Part shown: positions 12,969 through 24,700 of the stretch, piece after piece
Layout of the letters: every line of letters starts with the position of its first letter
How positions within the stretch are numbered: position 1 is the first letter of the stretch
Assembly (NCBI GenBank): GCA_040954595.2
Contig: CM082578.2
Span: 2,462,831-2,526,830 of the forward strand
Direction of reading: 5' to 3'
Length of the DNA: 64,000 bases
From: Balanoglossus misakiensis
Taxonomy: Eukaryota > Animalia > Hemichordata
Position numbers and translations under genes: made by a program
Notes under the pieces: generated by a model
Databases searched by the model: none
What the model saw: the letters and a program-made list of their open reading frames with translations, nothing else
What the model was told of the DNA's origin: nothing

Positions 12969-14053
12969 AGGCAGAACGCTCGGTAGGGCCGAGCAATAAA
13001 ATGTGGGCGTGGCTAAAGCTCCGACGCCACTATATATTGTTACAACAATAGACCTCAAATAGGCATCCCGCGCCCGCCAAAAGCAATCACATTTCTATAC
13101 CCAAGCGATCCAGCTAGTTCTTACGTACCCACGGAACGTGTTGTCAGCTGAATATATCATGTCGACACGAATTATCAAGATAGCGGTCACTGAAGAGCAG
13201 GAGAAAGCACTGGCAATTTTCTCTGCCGAGCTTTCGGTCATCGACCGGCGGGGGCACATAAGTTCACCTGCTGCGACCGCGAGAGTTAGTACCGTGCGTG
13301 GTATTGGCTACCGGCGAGTTTGATGCGGGGGACACTGCCGGTCTATCGGATGCAGCAGCCGTCGAAGTAAACACCGTGTCCATGAGCACATCGGCTTCCG
13401 GAGATTCGGTCAACTCCTGTGCATTTTGTTTTTGTTCGCTATGTGTTACCACACATAGGCAGTCTTGGCTAGTCCGTGGTCTCTACCCGAATTTACCCGG
13501 TGTTTCTTACGTTGGGCATAAATGGCACTGATGAGGCTTTCCCCTCTTCACTTTGTACGGTTGGTACACAAATACAAACGGTCCTTTTCAGGACCAACAC
13601 AATTTCCAAGAAGAGAACTACCGAATTTATGGACGTGTGCATGTTCATGTGTGATAAAATTGGTATGATCATATCCCTATTTTCAGGTCATGCACACTTT
13701 GCAATCAACGCCACAATGTATCAATGGTGCCCAATTTTGATTTGCATAATACGTCAACCACGCAAATTCAAACTGAAAATCGTACCGACATACCGGTCAT
13801 ATCTCGGGGACAAAATGATTTCATCTTCGGTTTTCGAAAGTATTTTCAAATTGTATTGCACCAGAAACCGCGGATGTCGTGCTAAATAAACTCATGCACT
13901 CCTTTTTGAATTTAGAGACAAAAAAAAATCATCGGTAGACCTAAATTTACTGTCTATTATGGACAACGTCCGTTCTGTTGTTAGTGAGTTTGAATCTCCC
14001 AACATTATGCCAACTCTCGCGTGCTCTCGCGCTTTTATATGGGAATTCCGCCT
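12969..14053. mobile_element. Kolobok-like non-autonomous element (TTAA TSD)
   Basis: ttaa|aggcagaa ... ttccgcct|ttaa; empty site atctttaaggaaaatg at ~4662-4677. Confidence 0.85.
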
Positions 14054-16704
14054 TTAAGGAAAATGACCGGGAAGCCCTACTTACTTTTTTATATCTAATG
14101 GTTTCTGCGTGCATAAATTATAGGGCCGACACGGGCCAAGTTTGTGGTCTGGGTTACCGCACGTACATCACTGTGCGTCCTGCTACAGCATACAAGCGCG
14201 CGTACGCGTATATGTGTACAGGGCGCCCAACCGACCAACCTTGAAAAGGCACCCCGTATAGCCCATTAGCCTCACCAGATGTTATCATTAATGGATTTTT
14301 TTTGCGTGCATGTCCCGCAACTGTGACAAAATATTTGTGCGCACACATTGTAGTTTTGCGTGAAAACGCAAGAAATAGACGAGAACGCGAGCCCTGCATA
14401 CATACATACATACATACATACATACATACATACATACATACATACATACATGCATGCATGTATACATACATACATACATACATACATATGCATGCAGCAT
14501 GCACCTCTATACCAAATACAGATCTTACACATATTGAAATTTTGCATAATATTGTAGCACTTTAAAGTGAAGGGGTCAGCGCGCTGCGTTTGTTTGTTGA
14601 TATACATTAGAATTCACCTTCAAATCCCTGAAATTAAATAATTCCTAGAATGGACGAAGCAGCCAACCGTAGCATAGACTGGGCATGACAGCAACTGAAG
14701 ATCCTGGTTGTGGTGACTACAGTGAGGTTTGTGCTGGTATATGAAGGGATATATTCTCATCAAGGGGGACACCCACCCGATGACCGCTTCCCTTTAAACA
14801 TTGTATGAAAGCACACGTCAGAACAACCAAAGCTACTTACATTGTCAGCATAATTGGGATTTTGCATAGTTAGCGACATTCAGAAATCTGTTCCAACAGA
14901 AATTCTACATGCGTGAATACGCAGACTCCTTGATAAAATTGTCATCAACTTCTCGGTTATCGGTAATATTAAACCCCAAAGTTCCAAACTAAATATATTT
15001 GTTTGTAAATTCTAAATTGTATTTCAAAATTAATATACCTTATAGCTCTCTTCGGTTCGCTGGAGCCGGATTGTTCTGAACTTTGCGGAATGGTATTCCC
15101 ACATATCTAAAAAAATAAATAATGAAATGACATCAAGGATAATAAATAACAAATTTCATTATTTCAAATAAAGTGGAATCATACCACAGGTCTGTTTCCT
15201 CGTTTTCATGTAAGCTTACTTGCAAATTAAATATTGATAGCGGTGTCAATTGTCCAGGTCTGAGACAGTAAATTGTACTAGTTTACTGGTTATAATGAGG
15301 AATTACAGGCCCACCATTATAATCACAACTTGAAGCTGTCTAAGAGAGCGAACATTATTTATTAAGGGCCTGAAGAGGTGTTGCAGGAATTACACCAGGC
15401 ACATGTGCATGCCAAACCAGGCCTGTTGCTGGATTATAACCAAAGATGTAAACGTACCCGCCTTATTGGTCAACACACTGAGAAACATAGAAAAAATATG
15501 AGATGTTTAATGGAGGGCCAATATCAGGGGCATATTTCGCCATGATATTAATCACTGTCTTAGCCCCGTGTAACACCTGGAACACACAGACCTGTACGCA
15601 GGGCTATAACTGCCTATACTACAGAGTTTTACTCACATGCATGCGGATTTTTACCTGGAATTGTGTGTGGACGGCGTCTAATGTTTCCGTCAATACACAC
15701 ATTCTACACTAGTATACTCACAAGGTTAAACCTCGAGCTACGATTCTGCAGCTGCGCTTGGGTTTAGTCGTGTATCACATCATATCGTGGCTGAAAACTG
15801 CATTCTACCTGTCTCATCATTGCTTGGACGACTCCTTGATTCAGCTCGACATGACTCAAGTTGAAGACACAATAAATCAATATAAATATTACTTCTGGTC
15901 GACGCACCGACACTCGAGTGTCATGGCGATCGAGTGCTTTTGTGACAGGCCAAAGGTCAACCACGTTGAGGGCGTGCTCCGGTTATAATATTATAATACT
16001 GTACTATAAAAATAATTTTCAAGTTGAAAATGAACTGCGGACGGGAACGTGGGCCTGCACTGGTCGATACCATATTATTTATGAGATTGTCAATGCCGAC
16101 AACCTAGTTTAACATGTGTGTCTGCAAAATAGTCCGAGTAAGGCTACAAAGTGAAACGAACTGCACCGGACCACACAGTCATTGCAGCTTGTTCAACGCC
16201 AGAAAATTAAAATACAAACAGCTGGCAGAAAACTTGGTGTGTTTTCGTTTGGATATTCTAAGAATGGAAAACATATCGCTCGAGGGCACTAGCTGAGCTC
16301 CGTCATCATTCAGTGTATGTGAAAAATAGCCCTAAAAGTACAGACTGTGACACTATAAAAATAATGGCGGCTGCACAGCGAAAGCCCCTAATAAATATTT
16401 CCAAACGGGGTTAGCAGAAAAGTGGAGTTCGCTCATTTGTCAATTGTGGCAAATGCTGTAGACACGGAGCAAGTAGGCGAGAATACTAATGCGAGAATAT
16501 TGGTAAAATTGAAAGTCTTGTCACTTCTCTTTACAAGTTGCTGGCATTTTTTCGATCGCTAATAAATTGCAGGGGGTTAAAACGTGCTTGGTTTTGAAAT
16601 TCAAGGCCGTGAGATTAGTCGATCATAATAAAAATAAAAACTACCGAGGCAACAATTTTCCGTTTTCCCCATGGGTGAACATATCTCGAAATTGAGCGCG
16701 TTGG

Positions 16705-17163
16705 CTATTGAACACCTATTGCCTGGCCATGAGGGCCATAGCGGCCGTTTATTACACCCGAGGGGCTGTGAGTTACCAGAATCATATGCTATTTCCCGAG
16801 GCCGCAGGCCGAGGGAAATAGCATATGATTCTGGTAACTCACAGTCACGAGGGGGTAAAAACGGCCGCTATGGCCCGAATAAAGGCCAGGCTATAGGTGT
16901 TTTATAATAAACCTCATGCTAACAGCTGGGAAAATCTTGCAATTTTCTCTTGAGGTTGGCAGACGACATCTTCCGCGGTGGCCATTGTGTCAGACGACGC
17001 GACGCTGATTGACGTGACCGAGTCTGCGCACTCACGCTGGTCACGTGACCGGTTTATATTTTTTCTGCTATTTCCCTAGCGGTCCATAGTCGATTCTATT
17101 TTCCTATCACGTGACGGATTCTGGCGAATCACGGCACAGTATTAGCATGAGGTATATTATAAA
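16705..17163. mobile_element. Bipartite palindromic element: ~190-bp hairpin plus a second IR-bounded module
   Basis: Arms 16711-16901 centred on cccgaggccgcaggccgaggg; second IR ttataataaacctcatgctaa / ttagcatgaggtatattataa. Confidence 0.7.
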
Positions 17164-17607
17164 GACTACTATTCAATTGTTGTCTACCATTCAATTTTAA
17201 TTCATTTGACTGAGTTATGTGTAGACCTAAACGTTCATGAAAATTACAATAGCAGACGCGGGTTTTCCAGCAATCCTATGGGAAAAGACAAATTGAAAGC
17301 GCTTGTACAGATTGTAATTTATACTCGGTTGGCTGCTGTCTTCCACGTGGATCTATTCATGGTGTAAGGTGTGCCTCAATACTTTCAATTTCATTCGACG
17401 CTAATGTTTAGACCATGTAATTAGTTCTACTGTATGGAGATAGTCAATTATAGAGGCCCTGGTCTGCCTTTAGGGTTCATGTAAATCTTGACATTCTTAT
17501 GATAGCAATTGGTCCGACTTGCTGCTTTGAACCATGTATTGTTTTGGCATTGCTGCACTCAATGTCGAATACGCCCGGCTGCGATTATTCCTACACGTAG
17601 GCCTAAC

Positions 17608-18312
17608 TCATATTCCGTTGTGATGCCTAGAACACACAGGCCTGAGCGCATTAAGAAAGTTTTCCAGTAGACTCTGTAGATCGACTGTTTGTTCTAAAAT
17701 ATCCATGGATGCTTCCAAACACTGTCTCGTTATTTGCATATTCCGTTGTGATGCGAATACACACAGGCCGGAGCGAATAAGAAAGTTTTTCGGTAGACTC
17801 TGTAGATCGACTGTTTGTTCTCAAATATCCATGGTTGCTTCCAAACGCCGTCTCGTTATTTGCATATTCCGTTGTGATGCGTAGAACACACAGGCCTGAG
17901 CGCATTAAGAAAGTTTTCCAGTAGACTCTGTAGATCGACAGTTTGTTCTAAAATATCCATGGATGCTTCCAAACACTGTCTCGTTATTTGCATATTCCGT
18001 TGTGATGCGAATACACACAGGCCGGAGCGAATAAGAAAGTTTTTCGGTAGACTCTGTAGATCGACTGTTTGTTCTCAAATATCCATGGTTGATTCCAAAC
18101 ACCGTCTTGTTATTTGCATATTCCGTTGTGATGCGCAGAACACACTGGCCTGAGCGAATAAGAAAGTTTTCCGGTAGACTCTGTAGATCGACTGTTTGTT
18201 CTCAAATATCCATGGTTGCTTTCAAACACCGTCTCGTTATTTGCATATTCCGTTGTGATGCGCAGAACACACTGGCCCGAGTTAAGAAAGTTTTCCGGTA
18301 GACTCTGTAGAT
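17608..18312. repeat. ~127-bp tandem repeat, ~5.5 copies
   Basis: tattccgttgtgatgc recurs at 17611, 17739, 17865, 17993, 18119 and 18246. Confidence 0.95.
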
Positions 18313-18458
18313 TCGTTGAACACTGCGTCTCACGTGACTCAGTATCACACAGTCTTGGAGCAAGTCAGACTAGTCTAAACGTCAACGCGAACGTGGGTTC
18401 TACGCGTTCACGTAAAACGTGTAGCCGAACCTGTCTATTGTCACTGTAAAGTATAAAG

Positions 18459-18540
18459 TAATACCGTTACTCCACCAGGGCAATGGGGTGACTAATACCG
18501 TTACACGGCCAGAGCAATGGGGTGATTAATACCGTTACTC
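18459..18540. repeat. 34-bp tandem repeat, ~2.4 copies
   Basis: taataccgttac...gcaatggggtga repeated. Confidence 0.8.
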
Positions 18541-19094
18541 AAGAAAGGCAATAGGTTAAGGCTCCTCACACCTCAATTATAAATTTCTTAAAGAAATTTA
18601 TAATTTCTTAAAGAAATTCATAATTAAAGTGTATACATTTGTTGTATTGTTGCAATAAAGAATTCTATGACTAAATTAAAATGACAAGTCAGTACAATAG
18701 TTGGTAGGATTGGTAAAACAAGAAAAGTGTAGGGGGTGGGTGTGGGAGGGGGTGTCCCCTCCCTCATAAGAAAATCTTGTAAAATACAGTACCCAAAGTT
18801 GCATTTTAAGCAAATTAAGTCAATGTTAGGGAGGACAAACTTTACTTTTGCCACTCCACTCAAAGTAGGCATCGGTGGGGCGGGGTAGCAAGTACTCTGC
18901 CCTGGTACACTAGACAAACCAGCCAATAGGGATAGGGAGATGCAGTTTCAAAACTTTTGTTGGGAACTGAGTATAGAAATACTGGGAGCCAGAGATGCCG
19001 CTACAACCTGTAAGGTAAGCGTCAGTGCAAAATATGCTGTTTGGAGTTGTCCACCCCTTGTTGAGAATGATCGACACACCATTGTACTGCCTAA

Positions 19095-20112
19095 GGAACC
19101 GTTCAGTTTTTACGGCTGGGGGGGGGGGCGGCGGAAAGTTTGTGTCATGTGTTTTCAACATCAGGCCGCCCCCCCCCTTCACCCAGGACCAAAAATGATG
19201 ACTCCCCCCGTTTGACAGGCCAATAAAATATGATGACCCCCCCCCCCCCCACGCCGAAAACATTAGCCGTCCTGATCCTATGTACACTGTATGCAAGAAA
19301 GGGAATGAGGCTCCTCACACCTCAATTATAAATTTCTTAAAGTAATTGAAGTATATAATAGTATATCGTTGCAATCATGAATTATGAATAAATGAAAATA
19401 ACAAGTCGATACGATAGTTGGTATGATTGGTAAAACAATAAAAGTGGCGGGGTGGGTGTTGGAGGGGGTGTCCCCCTCCCACATGAGAAAATTTTGCAAA
19501 ATATCAAGCTCAAAGTTGCATTTAAAAGAAAAACAGCACTTCCATGAAAAGAATTTGAAACTGATGTCTTCCCTCATCAGTGGGTATTAAAACTGAACAT
19601 TGTTTATATTTTGTAAGTATTTGTATTCTGTGTTGGCAGACATTGTAAACTGAGAAGTGAAGGGGGTGGGTTTGGGAGGGGGTGTCCCCCTCCCACGTAA
19701 GAAAATGTAATAAAAAAACAGAGCTCATATCTGAATTTTAATGATCCCAAAAGCAAATTAATTCAACTACCGGTATGTTGGGGAGGACAGAATTAACCTT
19801 CCCCGCTCAAAGTTAGCATGGGGGGGGGGGCAAGTCCCCTGACCTGGGACACTAGATAATCCAGTCAATGATTGAAAGGTGTTGATAAATGAAGGGGGAT
19901 GGGTGTGGGAGGGGGTGTCCCACTCACACATTAGAACATTTTGTAAAATAAAAGGCGCGAAATTGCAATTCTGTGGACTCAAAAGCAACAGTTTTGTGGC
20001 AAAAGTATGTGACCCCCTAAACGTTTTAAAAAAAGATGACACCCCTCCTTTTGGACTTCAAAATTTAAGTGACCCCCCCCCCCCCCCCCAGGCGTAAAAA
20101 CTGAACGGTCCC
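19095..20112. mobile_element. Harbinger-like MITE ends (copy at ~20775-21785)
   Basis: taa|gg(a/g)accgttcagtttttacg ... cgtaaaaactgaacggtccc; TSD imperfect (taa/caa). Confidence 0.5.
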
Positions 20113-20490
20113 CAATAAAGATGATCCACCAATGGACGTCTTTGTGGAAATGCGCGGTCAAGTAAATATGGTGATGTGATGATTTGACTGAACAAAGGGT
20201 GTCCAACATACGGCTGATAAACAAATGACCTGGGCGAACACAGCTGGAAATAAAAGACAATTTGCCAATTAAAACTTGCAGTTCGCGTCTTGTGGCCTTT
20301 TTGTTGATGACCCATGTGTTCAGCAAATCCAGTAATTCGACGAGTTTATCCTCGGTGTCGACTTGTACGCCTAAAAGGAAAGACACGTTGTAGGTAAGAT
20401 GGCCTTGCTTTGTGCCTCCTCCATCCCGAGCTGACTGAGCGCAGCGCGTAAAATGCACAACTTGACAGTGAGGCTTTTTCTGCGCCGCAG
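20113..20490 (-). pseudogene. Duplicated fragment of the DIRS/Ngaro RT C-terminal region
   Basis: FLLGVQVDT...KATRRELQVLIGKLSFISSCVRPGHLFISRML in ORF 19979..20458. Confidence 0.8.
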
Positions 20491-21785
20491 CAAATTAAGT
20501 CAATGTTAGGGAGGACAAACTTTACTTTTGCCACTCCACTCAAAGTAGGCATCGGTGGGGCGGGGTAGCAAGTACTCTGCCCTGGTACACTAGACAAACC
20601 AGCCAATAGGGATAGGGAGATGCAGTTTCAAAACTTTTGTTGGGAACTGAGTATAGAAATACTGGGAGCCAGAGATGCCGCTACAACCTGTAAGGTAAGC
20701 GTCAGTGCAAAATATGCTGTTTGGAGTTGTCCACCCCTTGTTGAGAATGATCGACACACCATTGTACTGCCTAAGGGACCGTTCAGTTTTTACGGCTGGG
20801 GGGGGGGGGCGGCGGAAAGTTTGTGTCATGTGTTTTCAACATCAGGCCACCCCCCCTTCACCCAGGACCAAAAATGATGACTCCCCCCGTTTGACAGGCC
20901 AAAAAAATATGATGACCCCCCCCCCCCACGCCGAAAACATTAGCCGTCCTGATCCTATGTACACTGTATGCAAGAAAGGGAATGAGGCTCCTCACACCTC
21001 AATTATAAATTTCTTAAAGTAATTGAAGTATATAATAGTATATCGTTGCAATCATGAATTATGAATAAATGAAAATAACAAGTCGATACGATAGTTGGTA
21101 TGATTGGTAAAACAATAAAAGTGGCGGGGTGGGTGTTGGAGGGGGTGTCCCCCTCCCACATGAGAAAATTTTGCAAAATATCAAGCTCAAAGTTGCATTT
21201 AAAAGAAAAACAGCACTTCCATGAAAAGAATTTGAAACTGATGTCTTCCCTCATCAGTGGGTATTAAAACTGAACATTGTTTATATTTTGTAAGTATTTG
21301 TATTCTGTGTTGGCAGACATTGTAAACTGAGAAGTGAAGGGGGTGGGTTTGGGAGGGGGTGTCCCCCTCCCACGTAAGAAAATGTAATAAAAAAACAGAG
21401 CTCATATCTGAATTTTAATGATCCCAAAAGCAAATTAATTCAACTACCGGTATGTTGGGGAGGACAGAATTAACCTTCCCCGCTCAAAGTTAGCATGGGG
21501 GGGGGGGGGGGGCAAGTCCCCTGACCTGGGACACTAGATAATCCAGTCAATGATTGAAAGGTGTTGATAAATGAAGGGGGATGGGTGTGGGAGGGGGTGT
21601 CCCACTCACACATTAGAACATTTTGTAAAATAAAAGGCGCGAAACTGCAATTCTGTGGACTCAAAAGCAACAGTTTTGTGGCAAAAGTATGTGACCCCCT
21701 AAACGTTTTAAAAAAAGATGACACCCCTCCTTTTGGACTTCAAAATTTAAGTGACCCCCCCCAGGCGTAAAAACTGAACGGTCCC

Positions 21786-24700
21786 CAATAAAGATGATCC
21801 ACCAATGGACGTCTTTGTGGAAATGCGCGGTCAAGTAAATATGGTGATGTGATGATTTGACTGAACAAAGGGTGTCCAACATACGGCTGATAAACAAATG
21901 ACCTGGGCGAACACAGCTGGAAATAAAAGACAATTTGCCAATTAAAACTTGCAGTTCGCGTCTTGTGGCCTTTTTGTTGATGACCCATGTGTTCAGCAAA
22001 TCCAGTAATTCGACGAGTTTATCCTCGGTGTCGACTTGTACGCCTAAAAGGAAAGACACGTTGTAGGTAAGATGGCCTTGCTTTGTGCCTCCTCCATCCC
22101 GAGCTGACTGAGCGCAGGGCGTAAAATGCACAACTTGACAGTGAGGCTTTTTCTGCGCCGCAGAAGTCATCTAGGGAAATTAACTGCCTGAAAACCTAGC
22201 TTATTGTACATTAAAATAATATCGTTTGTGGTAGCTTTGCATGCTAACGCTGCGGAGCGAAGTCCGAATGGGAGCCGTAAGTCAATAAAAAGTGACCCCC
22301 CTCATGTATAACCAAGCAAGTGAAAATCGTGAGGATCTACTGGAAGTTGTCTATTTGCCCGCCGCAGATCGAGCTTGAAAAGGTGACACCCCGGACCTAA
22401 GGTATTGATGAAAATGGTCAATGCTGGGGTAGGTAAGGTGGTAATCATGTCTGGCCCAGGAATGTGTCTGCCGGGATATTTGCGTTAACTGAAGATGAGG
22501 GTGGGAAGCTAAATAGTCCATGGGCCAGAGACCGAAACCCTCCCCCCCCCCCTGAGGATTTTTGCAGACATATATTTTTGGAAAGCCTATTTATCCAGCT
22601 GTCAGAATCAGGTTGTTTGCACTCATAATAATGGTGGGTGTGGCCGTGAGGAGCGGTTGTCATGGTAACGATAGCATAATTTTAGGGGTACTCATACAGT
22701 TAAAAAATGATATATTTCAGGATCTGAGAAAGCTAGAGAAAAAATTTAAACATTGGGTCTTATAAAGTAGGGTACGGGCTATCCAATGATTACATGACCG
22801 ACAAGGTCAGAGGTCAAGTTCATCTTCAAAACGCGGGGTCAAAGTAAAAACTGCGCTATTTTTTGCATATCGATCATACATAGTTTCGATTTACTGGAAA
22901 ACGGTTTGCTCGAGGAGGTTGTAAATTGGTCATCAGGTAGCATGGAACATTAGGTTTAAGAAAAAGAAGCTGATTCACGTCTTTGATATTAAGTTATATT
23001 AAAATTCTGTTACCATAACGACGGATAGAAGATTTTGCGAAATTTCCCAAAATAAGAAACTTGCTATATCTTTGCTACCAATTAAGCTTTACATAAAATT
23101 TAAAAACTCAAACATATAATGTCGGGTGCGAGCTTTTGATTGCTAAATTGAACTTTGGGGTTCAAGGTCAAGGTCATCCCCAAATTTCGGGTCAAAGTGA
23201 CAAAATGGGCATTATGGACTTTGTTCAAAATGACATTTTACGGCGAGCGCTTACTACACTGTTGGGATCTAGAATGCTATAATTTTGTATATTTTGATAT
23301 TAATATTTAAATAAGATGCCACTTTTACTTCTGGATATTATTATATAAAAAAAACGCGACCGTGGGAGTGCGAGTCATGCTGATTTATGCGTTATCCCAT
23401 GATGCCACTGCGGCAATAGTCCAGACAACCCGATCGAATATCTGTGTTTTAGGCACAGAGATTTTTTGGAAATTGTGCGTAAAGCACTTAAGACACATTA
23501 TATACTCAAAAGCAATGTTTTTAAATCACAATCATTCATAATCATACAAAATGAATGCTACGTTTTTAAAAAAAAACGCTTGCTCATGTGAAAATGTTTT
23601 CCGGTTGTTTGTCATTGCATGGCCTCCATCTTGCTGATGAAACGTCCAGCGCTAGGTTCTGCAACTTTTTATCATGGTGTAACGGTAGGGAACACAGTCA
23701 ATGCCTGAGATGGATTGTGATCTTTTGACTTCCCAGCCTGCTAATGAACTTTTGGAAATAGTTCACAATTTTGTGAAACACATCATTGAACATCATTTCC
23801 CGCTTATGGCTGAGTTTAGACAAGAGAGGAGTAACTTTTAACTTTTGGTATGACTTTGTGTAGAGTATTACTGCCATTAAAACTCTACCCACCGGTAGAA
23901 ATGTAAGTGCATTAAGAAATGGTGATTGAGATATTTTCCAAACTGCTAAGAATCAGCTATTATTACCTCTGTTGTTTTGTGCCAATCGAAACGGACTATG
24001 CAAGATACATGTCAGTACTTATTCTGGTGATGCATAGAATACCAGAAAGTGTACAAGAGTCATTAAATGAAGGGGATTTCATGGCAAACTTATCTGACGA
24101 TTCACTAAAGGGTGCTGGTGGTGTCATAGGATTAAAGATGAGAGGTTTAGCACTTGAAAAGTGGTTTTGGGTGGACCGATTACTGCAAAGTTCTCTGATA
24201 CATTTCACAAATAAATATGCAGTATTGGTAAACAAAATAAGATCCGATATGGAAAAGCAGTCATTAAGAGATGGAATACTGATGTGGCAAAGCTTTAAGA
24301 ATTACAAGGTGGAGCATTTGTCGACCCATTTGATCTTTCCGACCCTCATTTAAGCAACAATGAACATTACTATATCAAAAGAAATGACTGGGGTTTTTTT
24401 CTGAGCAACTAATCATACAAGAAGAACCTGACAAACCGTGTAAGTGCTTCTATCATAGTATGACTTGCAGCAATGTAAAAATATGACAAAATGAAGAAGA
24501 CGGTTTATCTTTGATTACCTGCTGTTAATACAAGTTAGAAGATGCCACTCATCGGAGTCATTGAAAATTCCAATGTTCCTACCTGTTTGTTTTCAGATGA
24601 TGGACTTAAAATTCATTTCCAGGAGACAGATAGACTAGCATTGAGGCTGCCAATACCATAGTTTATGATGACCATTCAGTCTCTGTCTGGTCCTAATCTT

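Larger units (their letters stand above)
8827..14844 (+). repeat. Inserted copy of 1255-6681 with its own insertions and deletion
   Basis: Near identity to 1255-6681; flanked by a 43-bp direct repeat (8789-8831 and 14837-14879). Confidence 0.97.
8739..14929. mobile_element. Small (~150 bp) inverted-repeat element split by the 6-kb duplicated segment
   Basis: ggcgtctgcgtattcacgcatgtagaattt at 8739 and aaattctacatgcgtgaatacgcagactcc ending at 14929. Confidence 0.75.
18811..22163 (+). repeat. Head-to-tail tandem duplication of ~1.68 kb (18811-20490 and 20491-22163)
   Basis: caaattaagtcaatg at 18811 and 20491; copies differ mostly in homopolymer lengths. Confidence 0.95.

Noticed and set aside
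1255-14844. Duplicated segment as a giant transposon or LTR element
   Set aside because: Its ends cut through a MITE and an exon border, and it has no TIRs or LTR termini.
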